A DNA stretch of 64,000 bases from a candidate division WOR-3 bacterium. Lineage in GTDB: Bacteria; Hydrothermota; 32-111. A program made the translations under genes and the position numbers. Positions 42,575 through 52,048 of this stretch are shown one piece after another. Each line of letters begins with the position of its first letter. The stretch's first letter is position 1. The stretch is from NCBI GenBank assembly GCA_037481815.1, contig JBBFKX010000001.1:1373-65372 (forward strand), given 5' to 3'. The notes under the pieces were generated by a model that saw only the letters and a program-made list of their open reading frames with translations, was not told the DNA's origin and did no database searches.

Positions 42575-45271
42575 ATGAAATTAACTTTTGAGTCAAATTT
42601 AGATTTTCAATTAAAGGCAGTCAATTCTACAGTGAATCTTTTTGAGGGACAACAAAGGGGTGCCGGTACTGTTAAGTTTACCTTTAATAAAAATGATCCT
42701 GAAGAATTATTTTCGGGAATAAATAGTATTGGTAATCGTCTTGCAATCTCAAATGAACAAATTTATAAAAATCTTTCCGAAATACAGAAAAATAATGAAA
42801 TAAGTGTTGTCACAGAAGAAGAATTTAAAGATAATGGATTGAATTTTACCGTAGAAATGGAAACCGGTACGGGTAAAACTTATGTGTACCTTCGAACTAT
42901 TTACGAACTTAATAAAAAATATGGCTTTAAAAAATTCGTCATCGTCGTACCTTCTATTGCTATCCGGGAAGGAGTTTTGAAAAACCTTGAAATTACCTTT
43001 GAACATTTTCAAAATCTTTACGATAATGTGCCCGTAAATTATTATGTTTATGATAGCAGTAAAGTTTCTTCTTTGCGTTCTTTTGCAACCAATAACAGCA
43101 TTGAGATTCTGGTAATCAATATTGATTCCTTTGCTAAAGATGAAAATATCATCAATCGTCCGAATGATAGATTAAGCGGTCTGGAACCTATAAAATTTAT
43201 TCAAGCCACAAATCCCATTGTGATAGTGGATGAGCCGCAAAATATGGAGACTGAAAAAAGAAAAAATGCGATTAACAGTTTAAATCCACTATGCACGCTT
43301 CGTTATTCAGCAACTCATAAGAATTTGTACAACCTTGTCTATAGCCTAAATCCAGTAAAAGCATATGATCTTGGTCTTGTAAAACAAATTGAAGTGGACT
43401 CCGTAGTGGAAGAAAATGCGCATAATGATGCTTACATTGCCGTTGAAGAAATCAAATCTCAGAAAACAAAAATAACAGCACGGCTATCTATCTATTCAAG
43501 CGTACCCAATGGAATTATAAAAAAAAGCATTACCGTAAAAGTGGGTGATGACCTTTTTCAATTGTCCGGGAATTATCAACCATACAAAGATAGATTCATA
43601 GTTGAAGAAATAGATGTAGCCAATCAAACCATTACCTTTTCCAATGGTATCACTTTGAATAGCGGCTCATCACGCGGCGGAATGGCCGATGAAATTATGC
43701 ATTTTCAGATACAACGAACCATAGAAGAACATCTCAAAAAAGAACTAAAATTATACAAACAAGGCATCAAAATACTTTCACTATTTTTTATTGATCGTGT
43801 TGCCAGTTATCGCTACTACGATGAACAGGGAAATCCACAAAAAGGAAAAATTGCACAATGGTTTGAGGAGGAATATAGAAATAGTATAAATAGAAATGAA
43901 TTTTTAGAACTAAAAAAACTTTTTCATCCTGATGATAAAATAGACATAGAAAAAATCCATAACGGCTATTTTTCGCAAGACAAAAAAGGAAGACTCAAGG
44001 ATACTCGCGGAGAAAGTGAAGACGACCTTAATACCTATGATTTAATAATGAAAGATAAAGAAAAATTGCTAGATATACAAACACCATTACGTTTTATTTT
44101 TTCTCATTCTGCTTTGCGTGAGGGCTGGGACAACCCGAATGTATTTCAGATCTGTACACTAAACGAAACAAAATCAGAACTCAAAAAACGGCAGGAAATT
44201 GGTAGAGGACTCAGACTTGCAGTCAATCAAAACGGACAAAGGATTTATGATAAAAACATCAATCGATTGACAGTAATTGCCAATGAATCGTATGAATCTT
44301 TTGCCAAACAATTACAAACCGAGATTGAAGAAGAGTGTGGTGTAAGCTTTAAAGGTAGAATCAAAAACAAACGCGAACGAATTGCCATCAAATACCGCAA
44401 AGGTTTTGAAGTCGATCCAAAATTCCTTGAAATATGGGAAAAAATTAAATATAAAACTCGATACAGAGTGGAATATCAAACCACAGAATTAATAAATAAT
44501 GCTGCTGAAGAGATTCAATTTTTGCCACCGACTCCGTCTCCATCGATCAAAGCCACAAAAGTAAAAATGGATATTACCGACGAAGGTATCGATACATCGT
44601 TAGTGGGCGAAAGACGGGAAAAATATGGAAATAAACATTTATGGCTATTACCTGATATGATTGAATATATTCAGCAAAAAACAGAACTGACAAGAAATAC
44701 TATCAAAGAAATTCTTGATAAAGCCAATCGCTGGAACAATTTTTTTGTCAATCCACAATATTTTTCTGATCAATGTGTGTCTGTTATCAAAAGAACACTT
44801 GCAGAATTTTTAGTAGATGGCATCAAGTACGAAAAAATTAGCGGACAATACTATGAAATGCGTCTTTTTGAAATGCAAGAACTGGAAACCTATCTGGATA
44901 CTTTTACCTTCCAAGTGAACAACAAAGAAAAAACCATTTATGAAGAATATATTCCTCTGGACTCAAGCGTAGAAAGTCAATTTGCAAAAGATTGCGAAAC
45001 AAGTGAAAATGTGGAGTTCTATTTCAAACTTCCCGGTTGGTTCAAAATTCCAACACCGATTGGTTATTACAACCCCGACTGGGCAGTAGTTTTGAAAAAC
45101 GAAAAGAAAATCTACTTTGTAGCCGAAACCAAAGACACAGGTGGCGATAAAATCGATATCTCAAAACTTCATCCCGATGAACAGATGAAAATCAAATGTG
45201 GCGAAAAACATTATAAAGTGTTTAATGGTGTGGAATATAAAGTAGTGAAAAGGGTGAGTGATTTGATATGA
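42575..45271 (+). CDS. res: Type III restriction enzyme Res subunit (SF2 helicase plus C-terminal PD-(D/E)xK nuclease).
   Basis: Helicase motif I METGTGKTY, motif II VIVDEPQNM, motif VI QEIGRGLR. C-terminal nuclease core YNPDWAVV...YFVAETK. 898 aa. Confidence 0.8.
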   Translation: MKLTFESNLDFQLKAVNSTVNLFEGQQRGAGTVKFTFNKNDPEELFSGINSIGNRLAISNEQIYKNLSEIQKNNEISVVTEEEFKDNGLNFTVEMETGTGKTYVYLRTIYELNKKYGFKKFVIVVPSIAIREGVLKNLEITFEHFQNLYDNVPVNYYVYDSSKVSSLRSFATNNSIEILVINIDSFAKDENIINRPNDRLSGLEPIKFIQATNPIVIVDEPQNMETEKRKNAINSLNPLCTLRYSATHKNLYNLVYSLNPVKAYDLGLVKQIEVDSVVEENAHNDAYIAVEEIKSQKTKITARLSIYSSVPNGIIKKSITVKVGDDLFQLSGNYQPYKDRFIVEEIDVANQTITFSNGITLNSGSSRGGMADEIMHFQIQRTIEEHLKKELKLYKQGIKILSLFFIDRVASYRYYDEQGNPQKGKIAQWFEEEYRNSINRNEFLELKKLFHPDDKIDIEKIHNGYFSQDKKGRLKDTRGESEDDLNTYDLIMKDKEKLLDIQTPLRFIFSHSALREGWDNPNVFQICTLNETKSELKKRQEIGRGLRLAVNQNGQRIYDKNINRLTVIANESYESFAKQLQTEIEEECGVSFKGRIKNKRERIAIKYRKGFEVDPKFLEIWEKIKYKTRYRVEYQTTELINNAAEEIQFLPPTPSPSIKATKVKMDITDEGIDTSLVGERREKYGNKHLWLLPDMIEYIQQKTELTRNTIKEILDKANRWNNFFVNPQYFSDQCVSVIKRTLAEFLVDGIKYEKISGQYYEMRLFEMQELETYLDTFTFQVNNKEKTIYEEYIPLDSSVESQFAKDCETSENVEFYFKLPGWFKIPTPIGYYNPDWAVVLKNEKKIYFVAETKDTGGDKIDISKLHPDEQMKIKCGEKHYKVFNGVEYKVVKRVSDLI

Positions 45272-45918
45272 ATAGCCAATTAGAAGATATAAAATTATAC
45301 AGAATGACTCACATAGAAAACATACCACATATTTTACAACATGGTATTGCGCATAAAAATTCAAAGTTTGCTAATGCAGAATATAAAAATATTGGGGACT
45401 TTTCATTGATATCAGCGCGTGAAAGAAAAACAATAAATATTACAAATGGTAATAATAATATCATAAAGACAATAATCTTAGGAGATTTCATCCCTTTTTA
45501 TTTCAATGTAAAAATGCCCATGCTTTATGTTATCCAGCATGGAGGCAACTTTACCACAAAAACTTCATCATCGGACATAGTTTACCTGGTATGTTCCCTT
45601 TATAAAATAGTTCAATTAGATAATATTGAATGCTACTTTTGTGATGGGCATGCCACTGATAACTTAACAACTTTTTATGATAGTAGTTTTATTAAGCAAA
45701 TAGGAAATATTATTGATTGGACGGCAGTCACATCTCAATACTGGGGCGGTGAAAATAATTTAGAGGTAAAAAGAAAAAAACAGGCTGAATTTTTAGTAAA
45801 GGGAGATTTACCTGTTGAAGTAATTGAATATTTTATTTGCTATGATGAGATAGCAGAGGAAAAACTAAAAAAATTTGGTGTTAAATCAATCAGGATAGAT
45901 AAAAATGCCTATTATTGA
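45268..45918 (+). CDS. darT: DarT (DUF4433) ssDNA thymidine ADP-ribosyltransferase toxin.
   Basis: LYRMTHIENIPHILQHGI, PFYFNVKMPMLYVIQHGG, CDGHA, and the catalytic-glutamate motif KQAEFLV closely match the characterised DarT family (e.g. Thermus aquaticus DarT). ATGA overlap with the res stop. Confidence 0.85.
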   Translation: MNSQLEDIKLYRMTHIENIPHILQHGIAHKNSKFANAEYKNIGDFSLISARERKTINITNGNNNIIKTIILGDFIPFYFNVKMPMLYVIQHGGNFTTKTSSSDIVYLVCSLYKIVQLDNIECYFCDGHATDNLTTFYDSSFIKQIGNIIDWTAVTSQYWGGENNLEVKRKKQAEFLVKGDLPVEVIEYFICYDEIAEEKLKKFGVKSIRIDKNAYY

Positions 45919-45929
45919 GGAGGTTGATT

Positions 45930-46982
45930 ATGATAAAATTCACAACAGGAAATATTCTTGAAAGCGAGGCACAGGCTCTGGTTAATACTGTTAACACCGT
46001 TGGAGTTATGGGAAAAGGCATTGCTTTGCAATTCAAAAAATCCTTCCCGGATAATTTTAATGCCTATGCAAAAGCCTGCAAAAGTAAGGAAATTGAAATT
46101 GGTAAAATGTTTGTATTCAAAGAAAATACCCTTTCGGGCGAAAAAATCATTATCAACTTCCCCACCAAAAAAGATTGGCGAAAACCCTCTGAATACGAAT
46201 ATATTGAAAAAGGACTGGACGACCTGATTCGTGTTATCAAAGAATATAATATCAAAAGTATTGCTATCCCCCCTTTAGGCGCTGGAAGTGGCGGACTCTT
46301 GTGGGAAAAGGTAAAAACTATTATTCAAAATAAATTAGGCAGTTTAGATATAGATATTTTCGTTTATGAACCCTCAAGAGAAATACAGGAAAAACTAAAA
46401 AAAGAAAGAGTAAAACTAACAGATGCAAGGGCTTTGATGCTGTATGTGCTTTATGAACTGGTACGACAGGGCGAATATGTATCCGAATTCTCTGCTGAAA
46501 AAGTTTGTTATTTCCTTCAAAAATTTGGTGCGGAGGAATATTTCAAACTAACATATAAACCCAACTTTTATGGTCCTTATTCCGGGAAGGTTAGATATGT
46601 GCTTAACTATTTAAATGGTAGTTACATCATGGGATATAGCGATATAACTAAAAAACCTTTTGAACCCCTTTTACTTATAGCCGATCGATACGATGAAGTG
46701 AACCGATACATACAATCCAATAAAAAATTACAAAATATTGCTCAAAAAACCATACAATTTCTTGATGGTTTTTTTTCCGATTTTGCACTTGAACTATTGT
46801 CCACAGTTGACTGGATAATGAAAGAAAAACAAACAGATAATTTTGATGTAATTAAACAAGAAATCACAAACTGGAACTACAAAAAACGAAGTAAATTCTC
46901 TAATGACAAATACATTCAAATAGCCATTGAACATATAAAAAATTTTCATAAAAGGATAACCCTATGGACGGACAAAACTTAG
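45930..46982 (+). CDS. darG: DarG macrodomain antitoxin (N-terminal macro domain plus C-terminal DarT-binding domain).
   Basis: MIKFTTGNILESEAQALVNTVNTVGVMGKGIALQFKK...INFPTKKDWRKPS...IAIPPLGAGSGGL is a canonical DarG macrodomain. GAGGAGG RBS. Starts 11 nt after the darT stop. Confidence 0.85.
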   Translation: MIKFTTGNILESEAQALVNTVNTVGVMGKGIALQFKKSFPDNFNAYAKACKSKEIEIGKMFVFKENTLSGEKIIINFPTKKDWRKPSEYEYIEKGLDDLIRVIKEYNIKSIAIPPLGAGSGGLLWEKVKTIIQNKLGSLDIDIFVYEPSREIQEKLKKERVKLTDARALMLYVLYELVRQGEYVSEFSAEKVCYFLQKFGAEEYFKLTYKPNFYGPYSGKVRYVLNYLNGSYIMGYSDITKKPFEPLLLIADRYDEVNRYIQSNKKLQNIAQKTIQFLDGFFSDFALELLSTVDWIMKEKQTDNFDVIKQEITNWNYKKRSKFSNDKYIQIAIEHIKNFHKRITLWTDKT

Positions 46983-48829
46983 ACATAAAAAAAGACATTC
47001 TCAACAAACTCAAAGAACTTATTCCCAATTGTTTTACCGAAGGTAAAATCGATTGGGAAAAACTCAAAGTATTTTTGGAAGATAACATTGAATTTCAAAA
47101 CGAACGCTATCACCTTAATTGGGCTGGCAAAACCGATGCCTTTCGTTTGTTGCAGTCGCCTACATACAAAACATTAAAACCCTGCCGTGAAGAAAGCGTT
47201 AACTTTGACGAAACCGAAAATCTCTTTATAGAAGGCGATAATCTGGAAGTGCTGAAAATTTTGCAAAAATCCTACTTTGGTAAAATCAAAATGATATACA
47301 TAGACCCGCCTTACAATACGGGAAATGATTTTATCTACAAAGATGATTATACAGAAACCCTTGCCGGATACAAAAGAAAAGTTGGCGATGTGGACGAAAA
47401 CGGCAATGTTACCCGTGCAGAACTTTTCCGTAATACAAAAGAAAACGGGCAATACCATTCTAATTGGCTTACTATGATGTACCCCCGACTTTTTCTTGCC
47501 CGCAACCTATTGCGTGATGATGGCGTAATCTTTGTAAGCATCGACGACAACGAAGTCCACAACCTGCGACTTATGATGGATGAAATTTTTGGAGAGGAGA
47601 ATTTTATTGTTAATGCTATTTGGGAAAAAGTTAAAATTAGAAAAAATTCTGCGGTCTGGTTTTCTGATTCTCATGATCATATCCTCATTTATGTTAAAAA
47701 TAAAGAATTATCAAAAAGAAATTTATTACCAAGAATAGATACTAGAATGTATAAAAATCCAGACAATGATCCAAGAGGACCATGGATACCAATACCTATA
47801 CATGCTAACCATAAATATGATGCAAATTATAAAATTGTAAAGCCTAATGGTATAGTTTTAGAAAGACCCAAAAATAACTATTGGAGGTTAAGTGAAAAAA
47901 AATTTAATGAATATGTAAAAGATAATAGAATATGGTGGGGCGAAGGATCTAGTTATCCTATGATTAAAAAGTTTTTATCAGAGGTTCAACAAGGGTTAGT
48001 TCCCAAAAGTATATTTTATTATGATGAAGTTGGAGGTAATCCTCATGGTGATGCGGAATTAAAAAAACTATTTGAAGGTAAAAAAATTTTTGAAAATCCA
48101 AAATGTATTAAATTAATAAAAACATTTTTACAAATTTCCACTTCTCCCTCCGACCTTATCCTTGACTTCTTCGCCGGCTCCGGCACCACTGCCCATGCGG
48201 TGATGGAACTCAACAAAGAAGATGGGGGAAATCGTAAGTTTATCCTTGTCCAACTACCCGAACCCACAGCCCCCGATAGTGAAGCATTCAAAGCAGGCTA
48301 CAAAACCATTGCCGATATTGCCAAAGAACGCATCCGCCGTGCCGCAAAGAAAATTCAGGGTGAACTCGATGAAGAAAAAAAGAAAAAAGGAGAAGAACTG
48401 CCATTAGAACCAACCCAACAAAAAAAATTAGACCTTGGTTTCAAAGTATTTAAACTGGATGAAAGCAACTTCAAACAATGGCGCCCCTTTGTGCCTGAGA
48501 GTGAAGAAGAGATAAAACAAGCTGTACTGGATTTTACCGAAAATATCAAGTTTGAAGCTACTGTGGAAAACATTCTTTATGAACTGATACTCAAAAACGG
48601 CAAAAAACTTACAGACGAAATTGAAAAGAAAAATGGATATTATGTTGTAAACAACAATGAACTTGTTTTGCTACTGGAAAGTGTGGAAAAATCGGTAATA
48701 GACGAAGTATTATTGCTTAAACCTCAAAAGGTAGTGGCACTGGATAAGTTATTTAATGGCAATGACCAATTAAAAACAAATACTGTGTTGCAATTTAGAG
48801 ATGAAGGAATAGAGTTTAAGAGTGTATGA
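46964..48829 (+). CDS. mod: Type III R-M Mod subunit: N6-adenine DNA methyltransferase (beta class).
   Basis: Motif IV IYIDPPYNTGNDF precedes motif I DFFAGSGTTAHAV (beta-class order). Central AT-rich variable (TRD) region. Overlaps the darG end by 19 nt. Confidence 0.85.
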   Translation: MDGQNLDIKKDILNKLKELIPNCFTEGKIDWEKLKVFLEDNIEFQNERYHLNWAGKTDAFRLLQSPTYKTLKPCREESVNFDETENLFIEGDNLEVLKILQKSYFGKIKMIYIDPPYNTGNDFIYKDDYTETLAGYKRKVGDVDENGNVTRAELFRNTKENGQYHSNWLTMMYPRLFLARNLLRDDGVIFVSIDDNEVHNLRLMMDEIFGEENFIVNAIWEKVKIRKNSAVWFSDSHDHILIYVKNKELSKRNLLPRIDTRMYKNPDNDPRGPWIPIPIHANHKYDANYKIVKPNGIVLERPKNNYWRLSEKKFNEYVKDNRIWWGEGSSYPMIKKFLSEVQQGLVPKSIFYYDEVGGNPHGDAELKKLFEGKKIFENPKCIKLIKTFLQISTSPSDLILDFFAGSGTTAHAVMELNKEDGGNRKFILVQLPEPTAPDSEAFKAGYKTIADIAKERIRRAAKKIQGELDEEKKKKGEELPLEPTQQKKLDLGFKVFKLDESNFKQWRPFVPESEEEIKQAVLDFTENIKFEATVENILYELILKNGKKLTDEIEKKNGYYVVNNNELVLLLESVEKSVIDEVLLLKPQKVVALDKLFNGNDQLKTNTVLQFRDEGIEFKSV

Positions 48830-48873
48830 CGATGAGAAAAAAAATAAATAAAAAGACCATTACATTTATAGAA

Positions 48874-48902
48874 TTTTGGGGACGGTGCTTGACAATTTGA
48901 CA
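48874..48902. repeat. Right copy of the inverted repeat flanking the island (TTTTGGGGACGGTGCTTGACAATTTGACA); it also contains -35-like TTGACA hexamers.
   Basis: See the left copy. It is followed by TTGACA-N18-TAAAAT (48897-48926), a plausible outward-facing promoter toward the carbamoyltransferase operon. Confidence 0.7.
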
Positions 48903-49082
48903 TTTTTTTACAAGTTATATTAAAATTTAAACTTACATTTAAAATAAAAAATTTTTTCTTTTCATTTTATTAAGCAAAAATGTAAAGTATTTTTGAATTA
49001 ATGAAAAATCAAAATTAACAAAATTTTTAATATTGATAAAACTTTATTTTTTGTTAAAATAAAAAGTTAAAATTAAGGAGGT

Positions 49083-50900
49083 TTGATGTATATACTTGGA
49101 TTAAATATAGGGCATGATGCTACAGCGACACTTTTAAAAGATGGAAGGATTATTGCTGCAGTAGCAGAGGAAAGGATTTCAAGGGTAAAATTTCATTTCG
49201 GGTTTCCATATGGTTCTATAAAGGAATGTATTAGAATAGCAAAAATAGATGGAAAAGATATAAAAAATGTTGTTCTATCTTTTGAAAATGATATTTTGAG
49301 AAGTCCCTTTCATTATACTGATCTTATAGTGAAAAGAAGTGGAACAATTGACCCATCAAATGAGATAGATAATAGAAAAAAGTTTGATACTATAAAAGAA
49401 ATATTGTACAGAAAAATTATTGGAGAAAAAAAGTACTGGAAACTTGCATCAGAATATGCTAAAAAATCTATAACTGATGCTTTGAAAAAGTGTGGTTTGG
49501 TTGAATTTACACTTGAATCAGTTAATCATCATCTTTGTCATGCTGCTTCATGTTATTATGAAGGTGGGAAAAATAAAGCACTGATTATAACTATGGATGG
49601 AGCAGGTGATGGACTTTCTGCAACAGTTTCAATTGGAGAAGATGGTAAGATAAAAAGGATTCTTGAAGTAGAGGATATATATTCTGTTGGAAGGTTTTAT
49701 TCAGCAATAACAAAATTTCTTGGATTTAAAAGAAATAGACATGAAGGGAAGATAACAGGCCTTGCAGCATACGGTAATCCTAATAAACTTTACGATAAGT
49801 TCAAACAAATGATAGATATAACCCCAGATGGGAAAAGTTTTTATTCACCACTTGCTGGTAATCTAAAAGGAGATTCTTTGAGGTTAAAGCAGTTTAAAGA
49901 TTTTTTGAAAGGAAAATATTATGGACATAATTATACAAACCTTTATCTTGAATTTTTGAAGAAAAATTGTTCAAATGAATCAAAAGAGGATATTGCAGCA
50001 GCAGCACAGAAATTAACAGAAGATTTAGTTGTAAAATTTATAGAACCACATATAAAAAATACAGGCATAAAAGATATAGTTCTTGCAGGTGGTCTTTTCT
50101 CAAACGTAAAAGTGAATCAGAGGGTTCTTGAAATTGAAGGTGTTGAATCAGTTTTTATCCATCCAAATATGGGTGATGGTGGAACATCGACAGGAGCATG
50201 TTATATTAAATGGGCAGAAGAGGTTGAAAAGAAAGGAGAAAAATTTTTACCATTTACCATTGATAATGTTTACTATGGGCCTGAATATAATGATGATGAA
50301 ATTTTGAAAGTTTTAAAAGATTTTGAAAGTAAAGTTGAATTTAGAAAAAGTGATAATATCGTTGAAGAGACAGCGCAAATGATAAAAGATAAAGTTGTTG
50401 TTGGCTGGTTTCAAGGGAGAATGGAATATGGTCCGAGGGCTCTTGGAAACCGTTCAATTCTATTTGATCCTACTGACAAAAAGATAAACGATTGGTTAAA
50501 CAAAAGATTAAAAAGAACAGAGTTTATGCCTTTTGCTCCATCCTGTATTTATGAGGAAGCAAAAAATGTTTTTGAGAATTTCGAAAAGGGAAGTTATCCT
50601 TCTTATTTTATGACTATAACTTTTAATGTAAAAGAGGAATGGAGAAAGAAAATTGAAGCTGTTAACCATGTAGATAATACCGCAAGGCCTCAGACTGTCA
50701 AAGAAAATCAAAATCCTTTATACTATAAACTTTTGAAAAGGTATAAAGAATTGACAGGACTTCCGCTTTTTGTTAATACAAGTTTTAATATGCATGAAGA
50801 ACCTATACTTTGTTCACCTGTTGATGCTGTGAGATCGCTCCTTAATAACTGTGTTGATATTCTCGTTATAGGTAATTACATAGTCAAGCAGAAAAAATAA
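49083..50900 (+). CDS. NodU/CmcH-family carbamoyltransferase.
   Basis: N-terminal ILGLNIGHDATATLLKDGRIIAAVAEERISRVK (ASKHA / YgjD-like fold of Carbam_trans_N). C-terminal Carbam_trans_C. 605 aa. AAGGAGG RBS. Confidence 0.8.
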   Translation: MMYILGLNIGHDATATLLKDGRIIAAVAEERISRVKFHFGFPYGSIKECIRIAKIDGKDIKNVVLSFENDILRSPFHYTDLIVKRSGTIDPSNEIDNRKKFDTIKEILYRKIIGEKKYWKLASEYAKKSITDALKKCGLVEFTLESVNHHLCHAASCYYEGGKNKALIITMDGAGDGLSATVSIGEDGKIKRILEVEDIYSVGRFYSAITKFLGFKRNRHEGKITGLAAYGNPNKLYDKFKQMIDITPDGKSFYSPLAGNLKGDSLRLKQFKDFLKGKYYGHNYTNLYLEFLKKNCSNESKEDIAAAAQKLTEDLVVKFIEPHIKNTGIKDIVLAGGLFSNVKVNQRVLEIEGVESVFIHPNMGDGGTSTGACYIKWAEEVEKKGEKFLPFTIDNVYYGPEYNDDEILKVLKDFESKVEFRKSDNIVEETAQMIKDKVVVGWFQGRMEYGPRALGNRSILFDPTDKKINDWLNKRLKRTEFMPFAPSCIYEEAKNVFENFEKGSYPSYFMTITFNVKEEWRKKIEAVNHVDNTARPQTVKENQNPLYYKLLKRYKELTGLPLFVNTSFNMHEEPILCSPVDAVRSLLNNCVDILVIGNYIVKQKK

Positions 50901-52048
50901 TGAAATTTTCATCTGTAATTTGTTTTGCTGGCGGTGATTGGTGGTATCACCATCCTCATTCATACAACCATTTGATGAAAGAGTTTTCTAAAGAAAAAAA
51001 AGTTTTGTATGTTAATTCATTACCTGTTGGTATAGGTTTTAGTGCAGGGAAGAAAGGTTTTTTAAGAAAAATAAATAATAAGTTGTTAAGCATAATAAGG
51101 TTTTTAAAGAAAGAGAATAAAAATCTTTATATTTTCACTCCATTTTTTATACCTTTTAAAGATAATCATTTAATTTTAAATCTAAATACTTTACTTTTAC
51201 TTTTTCAGATTAAACTTATTGAAAAAATTTTTAAGTTTAAAGATCCAATATACTGGATAACAAATCCAAACGGATATATTTTCGTAAGAGGTATAAAATC
51301 AAAAAAAATCGTGTATCAGATTGTCGATAAAGTTCAGGAGTATAAATACGCTGGAAAATCTGTTGAAGATTTTGATAAAAGGTTATGCGAAAAATCTTTG
51401 ATCATTTTAACACCAGGGAAAATGATATATGAAGAGAAAAGAAAAGATTTTGGAGAAAAAGTTTACAGGTTGAAACATGGTGTTGATATCAAACATTTCA
51501 GTAAAATCGTGAAAGAAAAACCGGAAGATTTTCCGAAAACTGACAAACCGGTTTTTACCTATTGGGGATCGATAGATTATAAAAAGGTTGATTACAAACT
51601 TTTAAAATTTTTGGAAGAGAAAACAACAGAATTTTGTTTTCTGTTTATAGGAAAAATTTTCGATTTTAAGTATGAGGATTTTAAAGATAGTAAGAAGATA
51701 TTTTTTGTCGGTGAAAAAACATATCTGGAACTACCTTCTTATGCAACATTTTCAACAGGTTTTATAATCCCCTGGGATAGCGAGGATCAGATGAATAGAC
51801 ACGCTTCTCCAATAAAATTGAGAGAGTATCTCACAACAGGTAAACCTGTTGTAACAACATACATCCCTGAGTTTGATGAATTCAAGGATCTTATCTATAT
51901 TTCAAAAACTTATGAGGAGTTTTACAATAATTTGAACAGAGCGCTGAAAGAAGACGACAGTATAAAAAAGAGAAGAAAAAATCAAGTTTCAAACGAAGGA
52001 TGGGAGAATGTTTTTAAAGAGGTTAACACTATTATCGATAGTGTTTAA
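50900..52048 (+). CDS. Putative glycosyltransferase (GT-B fold, GT4-like).
   Basis: VICFAGGDWWYHHPHS N-terminus typical of some GT-B enzymes. Tightly coupled to the carbamoyltransferase gene (ATGA-style overlap). Weak assignment. Confidence 0.4.
   Translation: MKFSSVICFAGGDWWYHHPHSYNHLMKEFSKEKKVLYVNSLPVGIGFSAGKKGFLRKINNKLLSIIRFLKKENKNLYIFTPFFIPFKDNHLILNLNTLLLLFQIKLIEKIFKFKDPIYWITNPNGYIFVRGIKSKKIVYQIVDKVQEYKYAGKSVEDFDKRLCEKSLIILTPGKMIYEEKRKDFGEKVYRLKHGVDIKHFSKIVKEKPEDFPKTDKPVFTYWGSIDYKKVDYKLLKFLEEKTTEFCFLFIGKIFDFKYEDFKDSKKIFFVGEKTYLELPSYATFSTGFIIPWDSEDQMNRHASPIKLREYLTTGKPVVTTYIPEFDEFKDLIYISKTYEEFYNNLNRALKEDDSIKKRRKNQVSNEGWENVFKEVNTIIDSV

Noticed and set aside
43515-43522. A8 homopolymer in res (and A7 in mod) as possible phase-variation tracts.
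   Set aside because: The tracts are too short (fewer than 9-10) to be convincing contingency loci, and A-runs of this length are common in this AT-rich genome.
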